From NCBI RefSeq assembly GCF_009834535.1, contig NC_045697.1, positions 1,242,001 through 1,306,000 on the forward strand: DNA of 64,000 nt. The letters run 5' to 3'. The notes under the pieces are model-generated. The model was not told where the DNA came from and ran no database searches. It was given only the letters and a program-made list of their open reading frames with translations. Position numbers and translations under genes: made by a program. Source of the DNA: Camelus ferus. Lineage: Eukaryota. Positions 24,777-38,104 of the stretch are shown in pieces; position 1 is the first letter of the stretch; each line of letters starts with the position of its first letter.

Positions 24777-26929
24777 CTGAAAGAAACAGAGGCAGAACAG
24801 TCAGGCAGGACGGCTCAGCCTGTGGGGGCAATGACGTTGCAGTGGAGCAGCCAGAGAGGCCTGGGGGAGGGTGGGAGGTGACCAGCCAGACTCCTGCACG
24901 GACCTGCCGAGGGTCCTCTCTGGGGCTCCCCTCCCAGCCTGGCTAGCAGCTCTCCCAGCCCCCTGGAGCAGCCTGGCACCCACAGCCCTCTGGAAGCCCA
25001 GCCCGTGTGACCAGCCAGCCCACCAAGGCCCCCAAGAGCCTCAGAGTGCTACAGCCAGGCCCTAAGAACCCCAGCTCACCCCACTGTCCCCACCCTCTGC
25101 AGTGAAGTTCAGGAGTGGGGGGGCAACGTGGCGGGAGGAGAGGCGCACGTGCTGGTCAGGCTCTCCAGGAGATCCAGGGGGCCCCAGACAAGATTTCCAT
25201 CCCCCACCTTGCTAAGTGCAGGTCACTCTCGTCACCACAGAAGCATAACTCCATCCAACCCAGGGAGGGCCACAGACAAGCCCCTCCACCTGAGTTTGGG
25301 ATCCCTTGGGAAACTGCTTTGTTCTAGATTTTTGTCCTTGTGTCCTTGCAGATGAGTGCAGTTTCCCCACGAAACCGGAACCGGGAGACTCGAATGGCGT
25401 TTGCTCACAGTAGGGGCCTCAGGCAAGGAGCCGTGACATGCATCTGCCCTCCTTCCCTGGCTCCTTTCATCTGGGGGGAAGGCTGGCGGGGATCAGAGGG
25501 TGCAGCTAAGGCTCACCCCCAAAGCTCACTGATGGTCCGGGGCTCAGCCATATCCATGTGTCCCACTGGGGCCCCTGCAGGCTGCCCAAGTGGTCTCCAA
25601 GCGGAGATGCTCTGCTCAGGCTGCTCTCAGGAACCGGGAGGGGAACCCCAAGGACATGGGGCAGGGGGCTTCTCTTTGAGGCTCTGACAACCCGCTGTCC
25701 AATGGCCCTGCATCACCAGTGCCAGCACAGGCTCCTTCCCCCAGCGGGTGCCAACCCTGGTGGTTCGACCTTTACATCCATACATTCCAAAGCCCCAGAA
25801 AATCCAGAATCCCCTAGCTTTTGGGAGGGAAGAGGGCATGGATGGGCAATTCCTTTGGACAGAGGGGGTCCCCGAAACACAGGGAAGGAGGGGACAGCTG
25901 GTGTGGGGCAGGAGCCCATCTGCAAAGCAGTGATAACAGCCCCACCCCAGAAGAGGAGGGCTGACCATGCTGCGACCGTGGACAAAAGTCTGCCACCCAC
26001 GTCCACAGGGCACCCTCCCACTAACTAAGTACCTCCCCACCTGGCACCTCAGCCCATGGCACCCGAGGCCTAGACTTCTCCAGGTGAACTCCAGTTAGGC
26101 CTTAGAAAGAACTTCCAGGACATGAAACAGGCTGTGCTCTGCCACCAGGCCACACAGACCTGGGCCCCGGGGACCTGCGTTCAGAGCCAGCTCCAGGCTC
26201 TGTCTTAAAGCCACAGAACCTTCAGAGAGGAGCCCTAACTCCACACACACACAGGGCTGGGGAAGGGACATGCCAGAATCCGCACAGCCCCCCAGAATCC
26301 GAGACCCTCAGCCCCTCACCTCCAAGGTGCAAGAACTGTGGGGCAGGCAGCCCGGAGCTGCACCAGCAAACAGCGCTCTGTACTCAAGGACAGCTCGCTG
26401 ATCAGAGACCCCCTCCCGACGGCCCTCCAACCTGCCACCTGCACTAAGTTCACAAGTGGAGGTGCTGGCCCACTGGGTCTATAGCAAATGGCAGTTCTCA
26501 CAATCTACCATTTGGGTACATATGCAGTATGCGATCTTTGCAGAACACTAGAAAATGCAAATCAAGCGGGAAAAAAAACAAACGAAAAGTACCCCCAAAT
26601 TCCACCGCCCGGGGACAGCTGCACCATCGTTTTAGTGTGTTCTACATTTTCATGTCATGAACGTAAGTGAAGACAGTCAGCCCACCTATGTAAAAATATA
26701 AAACCACCTATGTGACAAGTGACCCAAGGAAATTCCAAATAATCAAGCAGCAGACACACACGAGAGACTCAGCAGGACACAATGAAGCGCAGGAAGCATG
26801 TGTCTCCAGGTGACGTGATTAGCAACGTTTATTTCTTTGGCTTTGGCTTTTTTTTTTTTTTTTTGGTATCTTCTATGCTAAAAAACCCCACGTTACTTTT
26901 ACAGTAAAAAAACACATTTGTACAAGAAA

Positions 26930-27450
26930 GAAAAAACACAGCTAAAAGACAAATAACAGCAGGAAAATATCTGCAAACACGTAACAGACAAATAACTAGT
27001 ACTTATGACATTTGAGCTCATACATCAAAAACAAAAAGAGGAACATTTTAACGTGTAAACGGGCAACGGACACAAACAGGCAAGTTGCAGAACACAAACA
27101 GCTAATCCAACACAAAATTGGCTGCACCTCACAGTGCTCTAGGAAACTGGGAAGCTCACCAAGGAGACGCTAGTTTGGGCTGAAATGGAAAGGTGTGCCT
27201 AGCCGTCGGGCTGGCCAGCGGGTCAGCTCCAGCTTCCTTGGTGGGAGAGCACTCGGGACAGCAGTTCTGAAGGGCCACCAGGGCGACTCAAACCCTCGAC
27301 CAGCAATTCTGCTTCTAGGGTTTTGGTCCCATAAACCTAACCCCCAGCACCAGACCCAGCAGGCTGCAGCCCCGTCTGTGTTTCCCAGGGGGCCGTCACT
27401 AAGAACCCTGCAGTACAGCCACATGTCCTGTGTGGACACCAGGATGAGGG
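26930..27450 (+). mobile_element. Highly degraded ancient LINE-1 remnant in MXD4 intron 3
   Basis: AAAAGACAAATAACAGCAGGAAAATATCTGCAAAC...GACCAGCAATTCTGCTTCTAGG resembles the L1 ORF2 3' region. Confidence 0.55.
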
Positions 27451-30400
27451 GCGAGGAGAACGCAGACACAGGTGGACAGCACTCACGTGGGGTCAGGGGA
27501 AAGGTCAAGTTAGTAAACAGCAGGTAGCAAGGTCCTGCCCCTACCCTTCGGTACCCATGTGGAGGAGGAGGACGCAGCCTTGGCCTCCCAGCTGCCTAAG
27601 ACACTGTCTCTGGGGTGGGCACAGGGAGGTCCAGAGCATCAGCGTCGTACATGAACAGACTGCTTCAGAAATAAAAAAGCAGAGGCTTCTCAAGAGGCAG
27701 AGAGGACGCTGGACTACATCCGTGCCACGTTCAACACTGGATGCCATGCCCAGCCAACCCCCAGAAGAGCACCCAGCCAGGACTGCAGGGCTGGGAACCC
27801 TGCTCTGCCAAGGGCTAGCTGAGGAGCCCTGCCCTTCTGAGCCCCAGGGCCCCATCCCTGTGGGGAGTGGGCATCCCCAACACCTCCCGAGAGCTGGATG
27901 GGGTGCCAAGGACCTGCAGCTACACTGGGCTCTCGCTAAGCCCTCCTCTGAAGCTGCTACAGTGCCCCAGGCCCTCCGCCAGCACCCCATGGCTGCGCCC
28001 AGCATTCCTGGGAGCTTTGAAAACCCACGCTTCCTGAAGGAACCTGTGTGGATTCAGAAGGCAGAACCTGCCTATGGGAATCACTGCAATCGTGTTAATA
28101 GCAGCTCCTGCCTCCAGCGGCTGCCCACAGCCCAGCCCTTGACGCCGGCCCTAGCCAGCTTTTCACCAAAAGCCCTCAGCTCCCGAGAACAGGACCCAGT
28201 GCTCCCGGGCCAGATCCCACAGCACCGGAGAGGCAGGGTCTGGCAGAGCCACACTCTGAACCTCCCCAGGCCGCGCTTCAATCAGTGGTTCCTCAGCAGG
28301 TGGGATGGGGAGCAAGGCAGCTCCCCTGTATTTCCTAGTTGTTGGGAGGCTCACAAGGCCTCGCGTGGCTGCATCAGGCAGGCAGGAGTACCTGCGAGGC
28401 AGGCCTTCCTCAGAAGGGTCCACTCAGGACCTCGGTGACCATTCCTGTGCTGGGAAGAGGTGAGCAGGGGCTCAGCTGAGGGCCCCTCCAGACCCACACT
28501 CAGAAGCTAAAGCTTGGAGCTGGGCTGAGGAGGGGTCATCCTGCCAAGGAACACGTGGCCTCAAGACCCCAAGTCCCCCAGGGTCCATAGCTGAGCGCTG
28601 GCCCAAGCAGACCCGCTGGAGCTGCTGTCTGCATGGGAGGACAGGGAGGGGAACGAGAGGTCAGGGTGGGCCTAGGGGTGGCCACCGGCTCAGAGCTGCT
28701 GATGAAGGGAAGACCCGCAGGCCCTATGAGGCACGCCTCCAGGGAAGGCGGTGTCCAGGGCCTGCCTCCCGGGGGGCCAGCCAGGTGACCCAGCTTCCTT
28801 CCTTCCTTGGGACAGCACACAGCCCTTCCTGTGGCCAGCAGCCAGGAGCATCCGGCATCAGCATCAGGCAGCCACAGGTACGGCCATGACTGAGGTCCCC
28901 AACAGGGTCCCAAGCTCCAGGACTGTGTGCTTCTCAAGGCTGTCCACACCCAGGAACAGAAGCCCCCATATGGGGCTGGGGGAGAGTGCACACATACCCC
29001 AGGCTACCCACCTGCCCCACCTCTGCATCTCAAAAGGGCCCCGTAAGGCCCAGCCTCAGGACAGGCTCTGGGAGGCCAGGGTCAAGGGGCAGCTGCAGGG
29101 GTCAAAGACCAGCCTTTGTCTTCCTCCGCAGGCTGCAATGCTCTTGCCACCCACCCTCCCCCATCATCCCCCGCTGCACTGAGGGGCTGTTCTCCCAGGT
29201 ACCACCCGGGGAAGCCTCCCCCAGAGCACCCCCAGGCCGCTGGTCCTACTCAAGGCTGGCTGTCTCCCCCGACCTGGGAGCAACCCCAGGGCCTGCCTGG
29301 CTCTCTGGGCCCATGCTCTTGCCCCACCTCCATGGTCTCTCAGGAACCCCACAAATGCACAGGAGTAGTCCAGGAAGTGCAGCTCCTCCAGGGAACACGG
29401 CGTCCTGTCCCTGCTCAGCGCCCGCCCAGCAGAGGCCCCAATCCCAGGGGAGCGGAAATTGGCGCTGCCGTGGGCGTAGATGCAGGGGGTGGGGACACAG
29501 AGAGCGGCCAAGCTCCAGGTCAGGTCAGGAGAGCTCATCTTGCATGCAGACCCCAACTCCACCCCACTCCAGCCTAAGAAAGGAGTGAAGAGCTGGCCCA
29601 TTCCACAGAAGGGAGCAATGGTCAGGACAAGGCCACTGCCTGGCATTCCGCAGGGAGTCATCCCCCCGCCCCCCGGCATCAGGGCTCCTGCCTCTGGGGC
29701 TTCTGTCCCCACCCACAGCTCCTGGTGGCCCGCTGGGATCAGCCATGAGGACGCCTGTCCACAGGGGCTGACCTGCCCATGCCTCACCCCCGCTGCAGAG
29801 GGAGGCCTGCAGCCAGAGCAGCCAAGCCAGGGCCAGCCCGGGGAGGGAGGCCGGCAGGGGAAGACGCAGGGTCCCGGGGCAGACCGGGGCTGGAGAGGAG
29901 CCTCCTGGGATGACAGTGCTGCCCCTCCTGCCTCTCACTGCAAGCCCCCGACTCCTGACAGGAGGACCGCAGTGGACTTGGCCCCGTGGCCCATGGGTGG
30001 GCACCAAGTGGACTCCCTTGGATCCTGCCCCGGGCCAGAGCTTCCCACCAGCCTCAGGTGGCCTGGGACTGGCTGCCCATCCCACTGCCTGCAGGCAAGA
30101 CTCTAGTGGGAACTCCTGGGAAGGCAGGCCCCAGGGTGCAGGGGGCCCCAGACCAAGAGGGCCGAAACTTCCTGGTGGGACGCTGATCCTAAGAGCTAAG
30201 GAGCTGCTCCTAAAAGGGCTCAGACACCCCAAAACAGCTGGAGCTTCTCTTCCAGGCAGCCAGCCATGACCGAAGCACAGCACAAGGGACCCTGCCCCAA
30301 GTTCCTGACCCCCACCTTGCTCTGGGCTCTAGGCTGAGTTCCCAAGAGCAGGGCTTGGACCCCCCACTTCTTCCTTCTGGTGTGGGAATGCCTGAGAGCA

Positions 30401-30534
30401 GAGCCCGGCCGCTTCCGTCAAGACTGATCATTCCCAAGACGAGGGCACAGCCCGGCAGTGCGGTGAGCCACGCACGGGCACAGACGCAGGGAGTCGGCTA
30501 GAAGCTGGAGGTGGGGGGACAGGAGCTCACTTAC

Positions 30535-30564
30535 CTGTGCTTTTCTAGTTCATTGTGTGAAGAC
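30535..30564 (-). CDS. MXD4: MXD4 exon 3 (30 nt, SSHNELEKHR; bHLH basic region)
   Basis: Acceptor ctctctaaacag|G, donor CAG|GTAAGT; encodes HNELEK. Not visible in the ORF track. Confidence 0.96.
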
Positions 30565-33500
30565 CTGTTTAGAGAGACAGAAAGACAGAGTTCACTTCAC
30601 CACCCTACCACCAGAGCACAGGAATGATGGCCCTGCCCAGGGGTCTGGGAACCTGCAGACAGTTAAGGGGAGGGGCTGGGCCCCAGAATGGTCCAGGCCA
30701 GGGAGGGCTGGGGCAGGTGAGCAGCTGCTGACCAAAGACTGGGGGACCTCACACCCAGTGACAAAGACAGAACACACAGAGGTGCCCAGCCAGCAGGAGG
30801 GTCTGGGTCCCCCTCAGAAGGGGAGGGTGAGGCCCAAGGAGCCGCAGTAGCCAGTCCAGGGGCTGACCCACCCTGTACTCCCAGGGCTGCTTGGGCACTG
30901 AGCCACCTGCCTTCTTGGCTTCCTACTCCCCGAGGCTAGTGGTGTCCTGGAAGCCACCTGGGCTGGCACAGAAGGTCAAGGAGAGGTAAGCACAGAGGCC
31001 AGGACTTCAGCACACAGGCATCCTGTCCCACCATCACCAGCTAGAACACCAGCCCCACCCTGTCGGGTTCACGCTTACAAACCACCATATCCATGGGGAC
31101 ACCCGGGAACAGAGTGGCCCTGGCACATGAGGGATCAGCCCACAAGGGGCCTCTGAGACACTGAAGACGGGTGCTTCCTGGGCCAGTGGGGAGACCAGGC
31201 TGACCCTTCTGCTTCCTTTCAGGACCATGGTCTGGCAGGACTGGCCTCTCTGGGGCAGTGGCCCCATCTGCTACCCAAGCCCTGCCTGCCTGGCCCCCCA
31301 GACAGGAGCACAGAGTCTGAGTACCACAGCATTCGCCCTGCAGGACAGGGAGTGGACAAGGAGGCAGTGCAGCCAAGCATCCAGTTCCAGGTCACCCTCC
31401 CAGTCCAGGCAGGAATCCCGCAGACCCAGCCAGGGCTCCTAGGCCTCCCCAGGACACCCCACATGTGGGCAAAGGGTCCACGCCCCAGACCATGCCCTGT
31501 GCCCCATGCCCCCTACCTCTCACTCCTTCCTGGAGCCTCTGCTGGCCTCTGCCTGCCTGCCCTCACTCTCTCCTGCTCCAGGAACTCGGGAGTAGGTGTC
31601 TCTGGTCCCTTCTCCTGGGGCCTGCCCATCTTGCCTGCCTCTGCCACCTGCCACGGTTTGTGGTCCCACCATAGCCAAGTGGGGCCCATGGCTTCCCCTC
31701 CTCCCACCACGGCAGCAGGCTCCTAGGCCTACCTGTGCAGCCAGGGAGAGCCTCCAGACCCAAGCTCCAGGGCCTCGAGGGCCTGCTGGTCACATGGGCT
31801 GGGCAAGGAGCCTCAGAACCTGTGCCAGGGCTGGCCAGGGCCAGGAGAGGGCACAGCCATCAGGCTCCCTGCCGGCCTGAGCTGCAGCCTGATGCTTCAG
31901 GTCTACAGGTCTGCTCACTTGTGAGGGAAGTGCAGGTTAGTGAGAGTTATCCAGTGTAGACAGAGCCTGCCGACCTGCCCCTCACAGGCTGGACTGGACC
32001 CACTCCTAGAGGAAGGGGCACTGCTCTGGCAGCCGGGGATGCAGAGGGGCCCAGAACCCTCTCGAAGCTCCTTCCTGGTCCAGACACTTGTGGAGCCTCA
32101 TAGGAAGATTCCTCACCTGGGTCCCAGGAGCACGGTGGCCTGGGGAGGGAGGCAACCCCTGGCCAGGGCTGTGCTAAGCATGTTCCCAGCACTGCCGTTT
32201 GCCCCATGTCAGTCCCTCGAGGAGGGCATTTTGCCCACTTTCCTGTAGGACCGGACCCCTGGCAGGCCGGCTTGGCCCCCTCCTGCTGAACCACGGCCCT
32301 CGGAAGCCGTTCCTGTAGCCCTGGCAACCATGGGGGCCTCTGTCTCCCCTACATGCTGCCCTTCTGTCCCACCAGCCACCCTTCATCCCGGTCCCTGCAC
32401 AGCCCATCCCGTTCCCTCTCCGTAGGGGGTCGCAGAGCCTCACAGTGTGGAGTTGCCCTGCCGAGCCAGGTTCTGGACCCTCTGGGCCCTGCTCTGCCCT
32501 GGCCCCTCATCCTCTGGATGGGTAAGGCCCAGTGGGGCCAGGACAGCTGCGTGGGGCCTGAAACACCAGGGGAGCCAGGCTCCACCCAGAGGAGCAGCTA
32601 GGAGGTGCATCCCGGCTCAGGAGACCCTCTCTGTCCCTCCCAGGTGCCTATAAGATCTCCATCCCAGCAGAATGCAGGAGGCCAGGATCCCACCTCTGAA
32701 TAGGAGTCCCAGAGGTGGGAGGGTGGCCCCAGGCTACTAGTTCAATCTCGCTATGCCACAGTTTCCTCAGCCCTAAAATGGAGATAAAAGTAACATCTCC
32801 TTCACCAGGTTGGGTGAACATTAGCTAGCATGTGCCTGAGAATCTCACTTGGGGTTCTAGTTATTGGCTTTGGGTACCTCATGCTGTGGGAATAAAAGGT
32901 CATAGCGTAGAGTTTTCCATGGGTGGCAGGGTGCGTAGGACAGTGATCACCGACAGCAAGGCCTGGCTGGCTCACTGAGGACTGCCTGTGACAGTGGTGT
33001 CCCCCGATGCGAGCATGTCCTTTCCCAAACTGTCCCCAGAAGGGGAACAGGGGCTGGGACTCAGAGGCTGGGACTCAGAGGCATGTCCAACCAGAGCAGA
33101 TGGAGACTCAATCAATTCCTTGCCAGGCCCAGGGCGCCAGGACGTCACAGGGGATGGGTCCTTGTGCCAGCCTTTCTGTTTCCCAAGAAATGAGCAGGCC
33201 ACAGGAATGAGCCGCACCCTCTGCCAAGGGGCCCCAAAGCCCCCTGGAAGTGCAGCTCCCAGCCTAGTGACATGGTCCAGGGCCAAAGTGGGCCCCTGGA
33301 CAGTGCCAGGTGTGCTGCGGTCCCACGGCAGCCAGGAGAATAGAATCCCATGGGAGCCCTACTTGAAGGTCCTCACTCCCCACCCAGGCACGTGCACCCC
33401 AGCCTTCAGGCTTCTACAGCTTGGATCCAAAGCCCGGGGAAGGAAAGGGATAACAGGCAGCAGGATGGGCTGCTGCACAGCAGTCTGTGACTTCTTCCGG

Positions 33501-34149
33501 CCCCTTAAAAAGGGAGTTCTGTCCCCAAGAAGGGGACCCTTTCACTGGCCGCTAGAGTTTCACTTGTGCCAGGAGGCCGGGTGGGAGCGGTGGGCACCGT
33601 GCAAGCGGTGGGGGCCCAGGGCAGGGCCTCCATGAGTCTGCTTCGTGCAGGCCCCTGGGGTCCGGGGACTCAGCCCAGTAACGGGGCTCGGCCCTTGGAG
33701 ACAGTCGGAGAGATGCGGCCCAGCCACCCGCGGCGAGCAGAGGTCAGGGCGAGCAGCCCCACGCTGCTCTGAACGGCGCCTCAGTTTCCCCAGACCCGCA
33801 AGGCAACGGCCTGCGACCCTGACAACTTTTTTCCTGCCCGGAAAAGTCCAGAACAACTCGGGGGCGGGGAGCGGCTGCGGGACGAGACCCCGGGCGGCGG
33901 GCGCTGTACGCGTGGCACTGTTTACGCGAGAGGCCGAGGAGGCGCGGCCCGCAGGAAGATGGCGACGGCGCGGGCGGGGCCGGCCGGGAGGGGCTGCCGA
34001 GGCCCAGGCGCGCCTCCTCCTCCAGGCTGGCCGCCGGGGCGTACGGCGGTGGCCCGGCTGCGGGCTGGGATCAGGCCGGGGGAGGGCGCTCGGGGGCCGT
34101 AAGCCCCCGGCCCCAGGCCTGGGCGGGGGCGCCGCGCGAGGGGCGGTAC

Positions 34150-34249
34150 CTGTTGTTCGGGGCCTTGCGCACCAGGCCGGCCGCCTTTGTTTTCTTCCTG
34201 GCGAAGTCGCCGTCGAAGGGCAGCACCGAGGCGTAGCCGTGCTCGGCCT
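34150..34249 (-). CDS. MXD4: MXD4 exon 2 (100 nt, EAEHGYASVLPFDGDFARKKTKAAGLVRKAPNNR)
   Basis: Acceptor tctctccgcag|AG, donor CAG|GTACCG; EHGYAS motif of the Mad family. Confidence 0.97.
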
Positions 34250-34340
34250 CTGCGGAGAGACGGCGCGGTCAGCGGGCCCCCGCCCCGGCCCCGCCGCCCG
34301 CCCGCCCGCGGCCCGGCGCACAAAGGGGCGCGGGCGCTAC

Positions 34341-34404
34341 CTCGGTCCCTGCGCTCCAGGTACTCGGCCGCCTCCAGCAGGATCAGCAGGGAGTTCAGCT
34401 CCAT
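34341..34404 (-). CDS. MXD4: MAX dimerization protein 4, coding exon 1 (MELNSLLILLEAAEYLERRDR; Sin3-interaction domain)
   Basis: Characteristic Mad-family SID motif LLEAAEYLE; donor GAG|GTAGCG. Confidence 0.97.
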
Positions 34405-37371
34405 CCTCCCGCCCGCCCGCCCGCCCGCGCGCGTTCCGGGACGGCGGCGGCCGCTGCCCGGCCCGCTCCGGCCGGCTCCGCTCGCCGCCCGCCCCGCGCG
34501 CCCGGCGGCCCCACTTCCCCGACTCCCGCGGACTCCCTGCGCGCTCGGCCGCCACCCTCCGCCTCGGGCCCTCAAATTGACACATAAGGGCGAGCGGCGG
34601 CCGGCTCAGCCAATGGAAGTAGGCACTCCGGCTCCGGGGGCGGGCGTTGGGCCGGCCCGGGGCCAATGGGAACCGGCCGAATGCCTCGGGCCGGACCGAG
34701 AATGTTGACAGATGCGGAGCTTGTTTCCGATAGGCTCGCCGCAGTAGTAACAATTTAGAAGCCCAAGCTTAGCAACAGCACGTGGTGGCCCGGCCCCCGC
34801 GCTCGCTGACTGGCGGTCGGCGTGCATGTTAAGTAGGCGCCGCGTGCCGATTGGCCCAGAGCAGTCTATGTAAAATAGGTTCCAAGGACCAATGGCGGGC
34901 GGCAGGGCGCGCGGCCAATGAGGGCGCCGCGGCCGGACGCGTTGCCGAGAGGAAGCTGAGAGCGGTGGGACGGCCCGCCGTCCGGCCCTGCGCGAGAGCC
35001 CGTTAGGGCGCGGGGCGCGTCGCGAGCGCCAGGCCGGTCTGCCGCGTGCGCATACAGTGCGCAGGAATGTGCCAGCCTCGGACCCGCTGCCACACTGGCT
35101 CAGAGGAAGCACGGGACCTTGCGGTCTCCTCGGGGGTCTCCCGTGGGGCTGCAAAATGACCGCCTTCCCTCTGGACACAGCGTGACCCCAGAAAAGGCTG
35201 AGTCTTGGAGAAGGGGCATAGACGGTGTGAGCCTAAGAGCTAGGCCTCTCGATGGGGAAACTGATCCCCGGGGCAGGAGGGATCCCTCAAGAGCTCCCCA
35301 GTGGACCTTCGGGCTGAAGGAGGGGTCTGAGACGATAAGGGAGGCAAAGCTCTGCCCCCACAGCCTGGAGGGGCTCCCGTGAGTGCAGGGCTCAGGGCTC
35401 ACGTCTAGTTTATAGGTGGGGACATTCCAAGAGGCCAGCTCTGGTCCCCTTTGGCCATGTAAGCACCTTCTAGGGAAGAGAGTTGCCCTCCATGGGAGGG
35501 GAGAGAGCGTTTCATAGGCCCTAGTGACCCCTGACCCTAGGCTGTCCCAGTAAGAGCAGAGACTGGCAGCCTGGATGCAGCTGCAGTCTGGCCTCAGTCC
35601 CCCTTGATTTTCCCTCCCACTGGTTGTTGAGATTGCTGGCCTGAGGGCTCTTGCAAAGGAGGCCAGGAGGCTGGAGAGTATGGGGTATAAGGTGACTGGA
35701 CCCCCAACGGAAGTTCTATATGGGGAAGGGACAAACTGCTGCTGCCAACAAAACAGAAAACTAAAACCCTGACACTTTCAGTTCTAGGACCTATTGAATG
35801 CTTTATATGCATTTCTTAGTGTTTCTGCAGCCTCAACTTACAGCTAAGGAAAGTGGGGATCCCGAGGTTTAGGGACTTGCTAGGGTCTCCCAGCAACACC
35901 AGCAGAGCAGAGATTAGTGCTCCCCATGCACGTGCCCCCTGGCTGAGCCAGCCTAGCTCGCTGGGGTGGGCATCACAGCTCTGGTGATCTGAAAAATGGG
36001 GTGAGGAATGTGTGCCCCACAAGGGTGACAGAACCCAGTGCGGAACTTGGAAACTGCTATCAGACAGCCCTGCGTGGACACTGAAACAGCCCTCTGATGT
36101 TAACCGCAGCCCTACCTGCTCCTGCCCCACAATCACCCCAGGGCCAGACCAGAGTCCCTAACAAGAGCGGGGTGCTGTGGCCCTCCAGGTTAGCAAGGTA
36201 GACGGCGCCCAGCTCTGGGGAGGCCCAGCTGCATTCTGGGCTCCGGGGTGTAGGAGGCCTGACCCCTGGCTCACCACTTGCTGGTCAGCATTTTGCAAGG
36301 GCACTCCATCCCTCCTTATGTTAGGGGTAGATTGCTGGCCCCAGTCCTAAAGCCTACACCTGTGCTGGTGTGAGTGCACCTGCCAGATGCCCACCCTCCT
36401 TCCTCCCTTGGGACAGAAGTCTCAGCAGACAGCACCGGGTCCACGTGTGACAGCAGGGGCCCGGTGCTTGCCGCCTCCAGCCTGAGGAGAGGGGGGTGGT
36501 CCCTACCTTGCCTCCAGTTACATCTAGGCCATTCCGGGGACCCCTTCCCCAGCCACACCCAGGATGGGCCACTGCCTGGTGCCCATGGGGTCCACACTGC
36601 CTGTGAGTGTGGGTGCCGCCGCACCACAGAGAGGTGGGGGAGAAGTGGGCTGGGCCGACCGCGGGACCGAGGGCCTGGTCAGAAGGGCCCAGGCCTGGCA
36701 CGGGCAGAGGTGTGGAGGCGGCAGTGGAGGTGGGGCAGCCAGCCCAGAGGCCCCATGTGGGCACAGCAGCGAAGGGGAGGAGAGAGGCTGTGGGAGGGTG
36801 GGCGATGCCGGAGCTCCCGGGGGGTCCTGGAGGACGCTGAGCTGCAGGTCAGGGGTGCTTGAAGAGAGAATGTATAGGGAATGGACTTGCCAGGAATCCG
36901 CCCAGTCTCCACACGCAGGACCTCAGCACGCTCCCCACAGGCTCATTTCTGTAGGGCAGGTCTCCAGCAAAACCACACGGCCTCCTCCAGGGGGCACTGG
37001 AGTGGATTCCTGCTGCTACCAGTGTGGCCAGGCCCTGCATCCTGGGGAAGAGGCTGAGAGGGAGGGGTCAGGGCTGGAATCCTCCCCCAGCCTGAAGCTG
37101 CCTCTCCTCAGACCGGGGGGTGTCGGGTTCAGACAGCTCCCTGCAGGCAGGTTCCGGGTCTGTGAGGCCCAGGGACAGAGGTGACTTGTGGGGTCATCAG
37201 GTGCTGGAGGGCCATATGTAGCCCAGCATTGCGATCAGCCTTCCAGAAGCCTTGGCTCCACCGCACTGAGATGCCTGGTGTGTGCCAGGACCGTGGTGTA
37301 GGGGGGAGTTCTGGGGAGCTTCTGTCACTGGGTCCCTCCCCTCAAACCATCCTGGATTTCAGTCTGGCCAC

Positions 37372-37475
37372 AAGACCTTGGCCAAGTCACTTAAACCTCT
37401 CTGAGCCTCAGTTTTCCCAGCTATAAGACGGAGCTGGCAGTAGCCGCCTCTTAGGGTGGTTGTGGGGTGTGATGA
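37372..37475 (+). mobile_element. MIR core fragment (similar remnants at ~10850-10955, ~18940-19075, ~32755-32830, ~58820-58940)
   Basis: ACCTTGGCCAAGTCACTTAAACCTCTCTGAGCCTCAGTTTTCCCAGCTATAAG matches the MIR core. Confidence 0.75.
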
Positions 37476-37994
37476 AGGAAGGGTGCAGATTCAGCCCTGG
37501 GTAGCTGTGAGCTGGGCACAGGGGTGGGGGGACGGCAGGAAGTGGCAGGGATATTAACATCAGCCCCACATCAGCAAGTCGCTTCTAACCCTGGGCCCTC
37601 CACACAGGGAAACGGGGGTGGCCTGCCCAGTCACAGCCAGTCAGTGTCAGAGTCACATCGCATGGCCCCCAAGCCGCCCAGCAAAGGGCACCAGGCCTCG
37701 GAGCATTTGGGGGCCTTCTAAAAAGCTTAGCACTCAGGAAAACTGTCTCCAGAATACAAGGCAGCAAAGTCAAGATGCATGAAATGAAATAAATGTTTGT
37801 GTAGCCTAATGTAATGTCAATGCTATTTTCAAATTTAAAATGAGAAAAAAGCTCATTATATTTGTGAACAGTTTGTGGGGTAGATTTTTTTTCTCACTTT
37901 ACAGGTTTTCCCACTATACTTGATGACCCCTGGACAATTTTAAATGAAATTAAGTTTTTTTGTAGCCAAAAATGTCTAGAAGCAAAACAATAAT

Positions 37995-38104
37995 GGGGAG
38001 GGTATAGCTCAAGTAGTAGAGCACATACTTAGCATACACAAGGTCCTGGGTTCAATAAAGAAATAAGTAAATCTAATTATCCCCCCAAAATAAAAAATAA
38101 ATAA
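37995..38104 (+). mobile_element. tRNA-derived SINE (Vic-1-like) with target-site duplication
   Basis: GGGGAGGGTATAGCTCAAGTAGTAGAGC...GGTTCAAT; TSD AAGCAAAACAAT at 37980-37991 and 38105-38116. Confidence 0.85.

Larger units (their letters stand above)
33700..35100. promoter_or_regulatory. CpG-island promoter of MXD4
   Basis: Very high CpG density over exons 1-2. CCAAT boxes at 34610, 34663, 34850 (ATTGG), 34889 and 34915; CACGTG at 34779-34784. Confidence 0.9.

Noticed and set aside
33560..34753. Multiple overlapping 140-310 aa ORFs
   Set aside because: CpG-island artefacts; only the MXD4 exon segments are supported.
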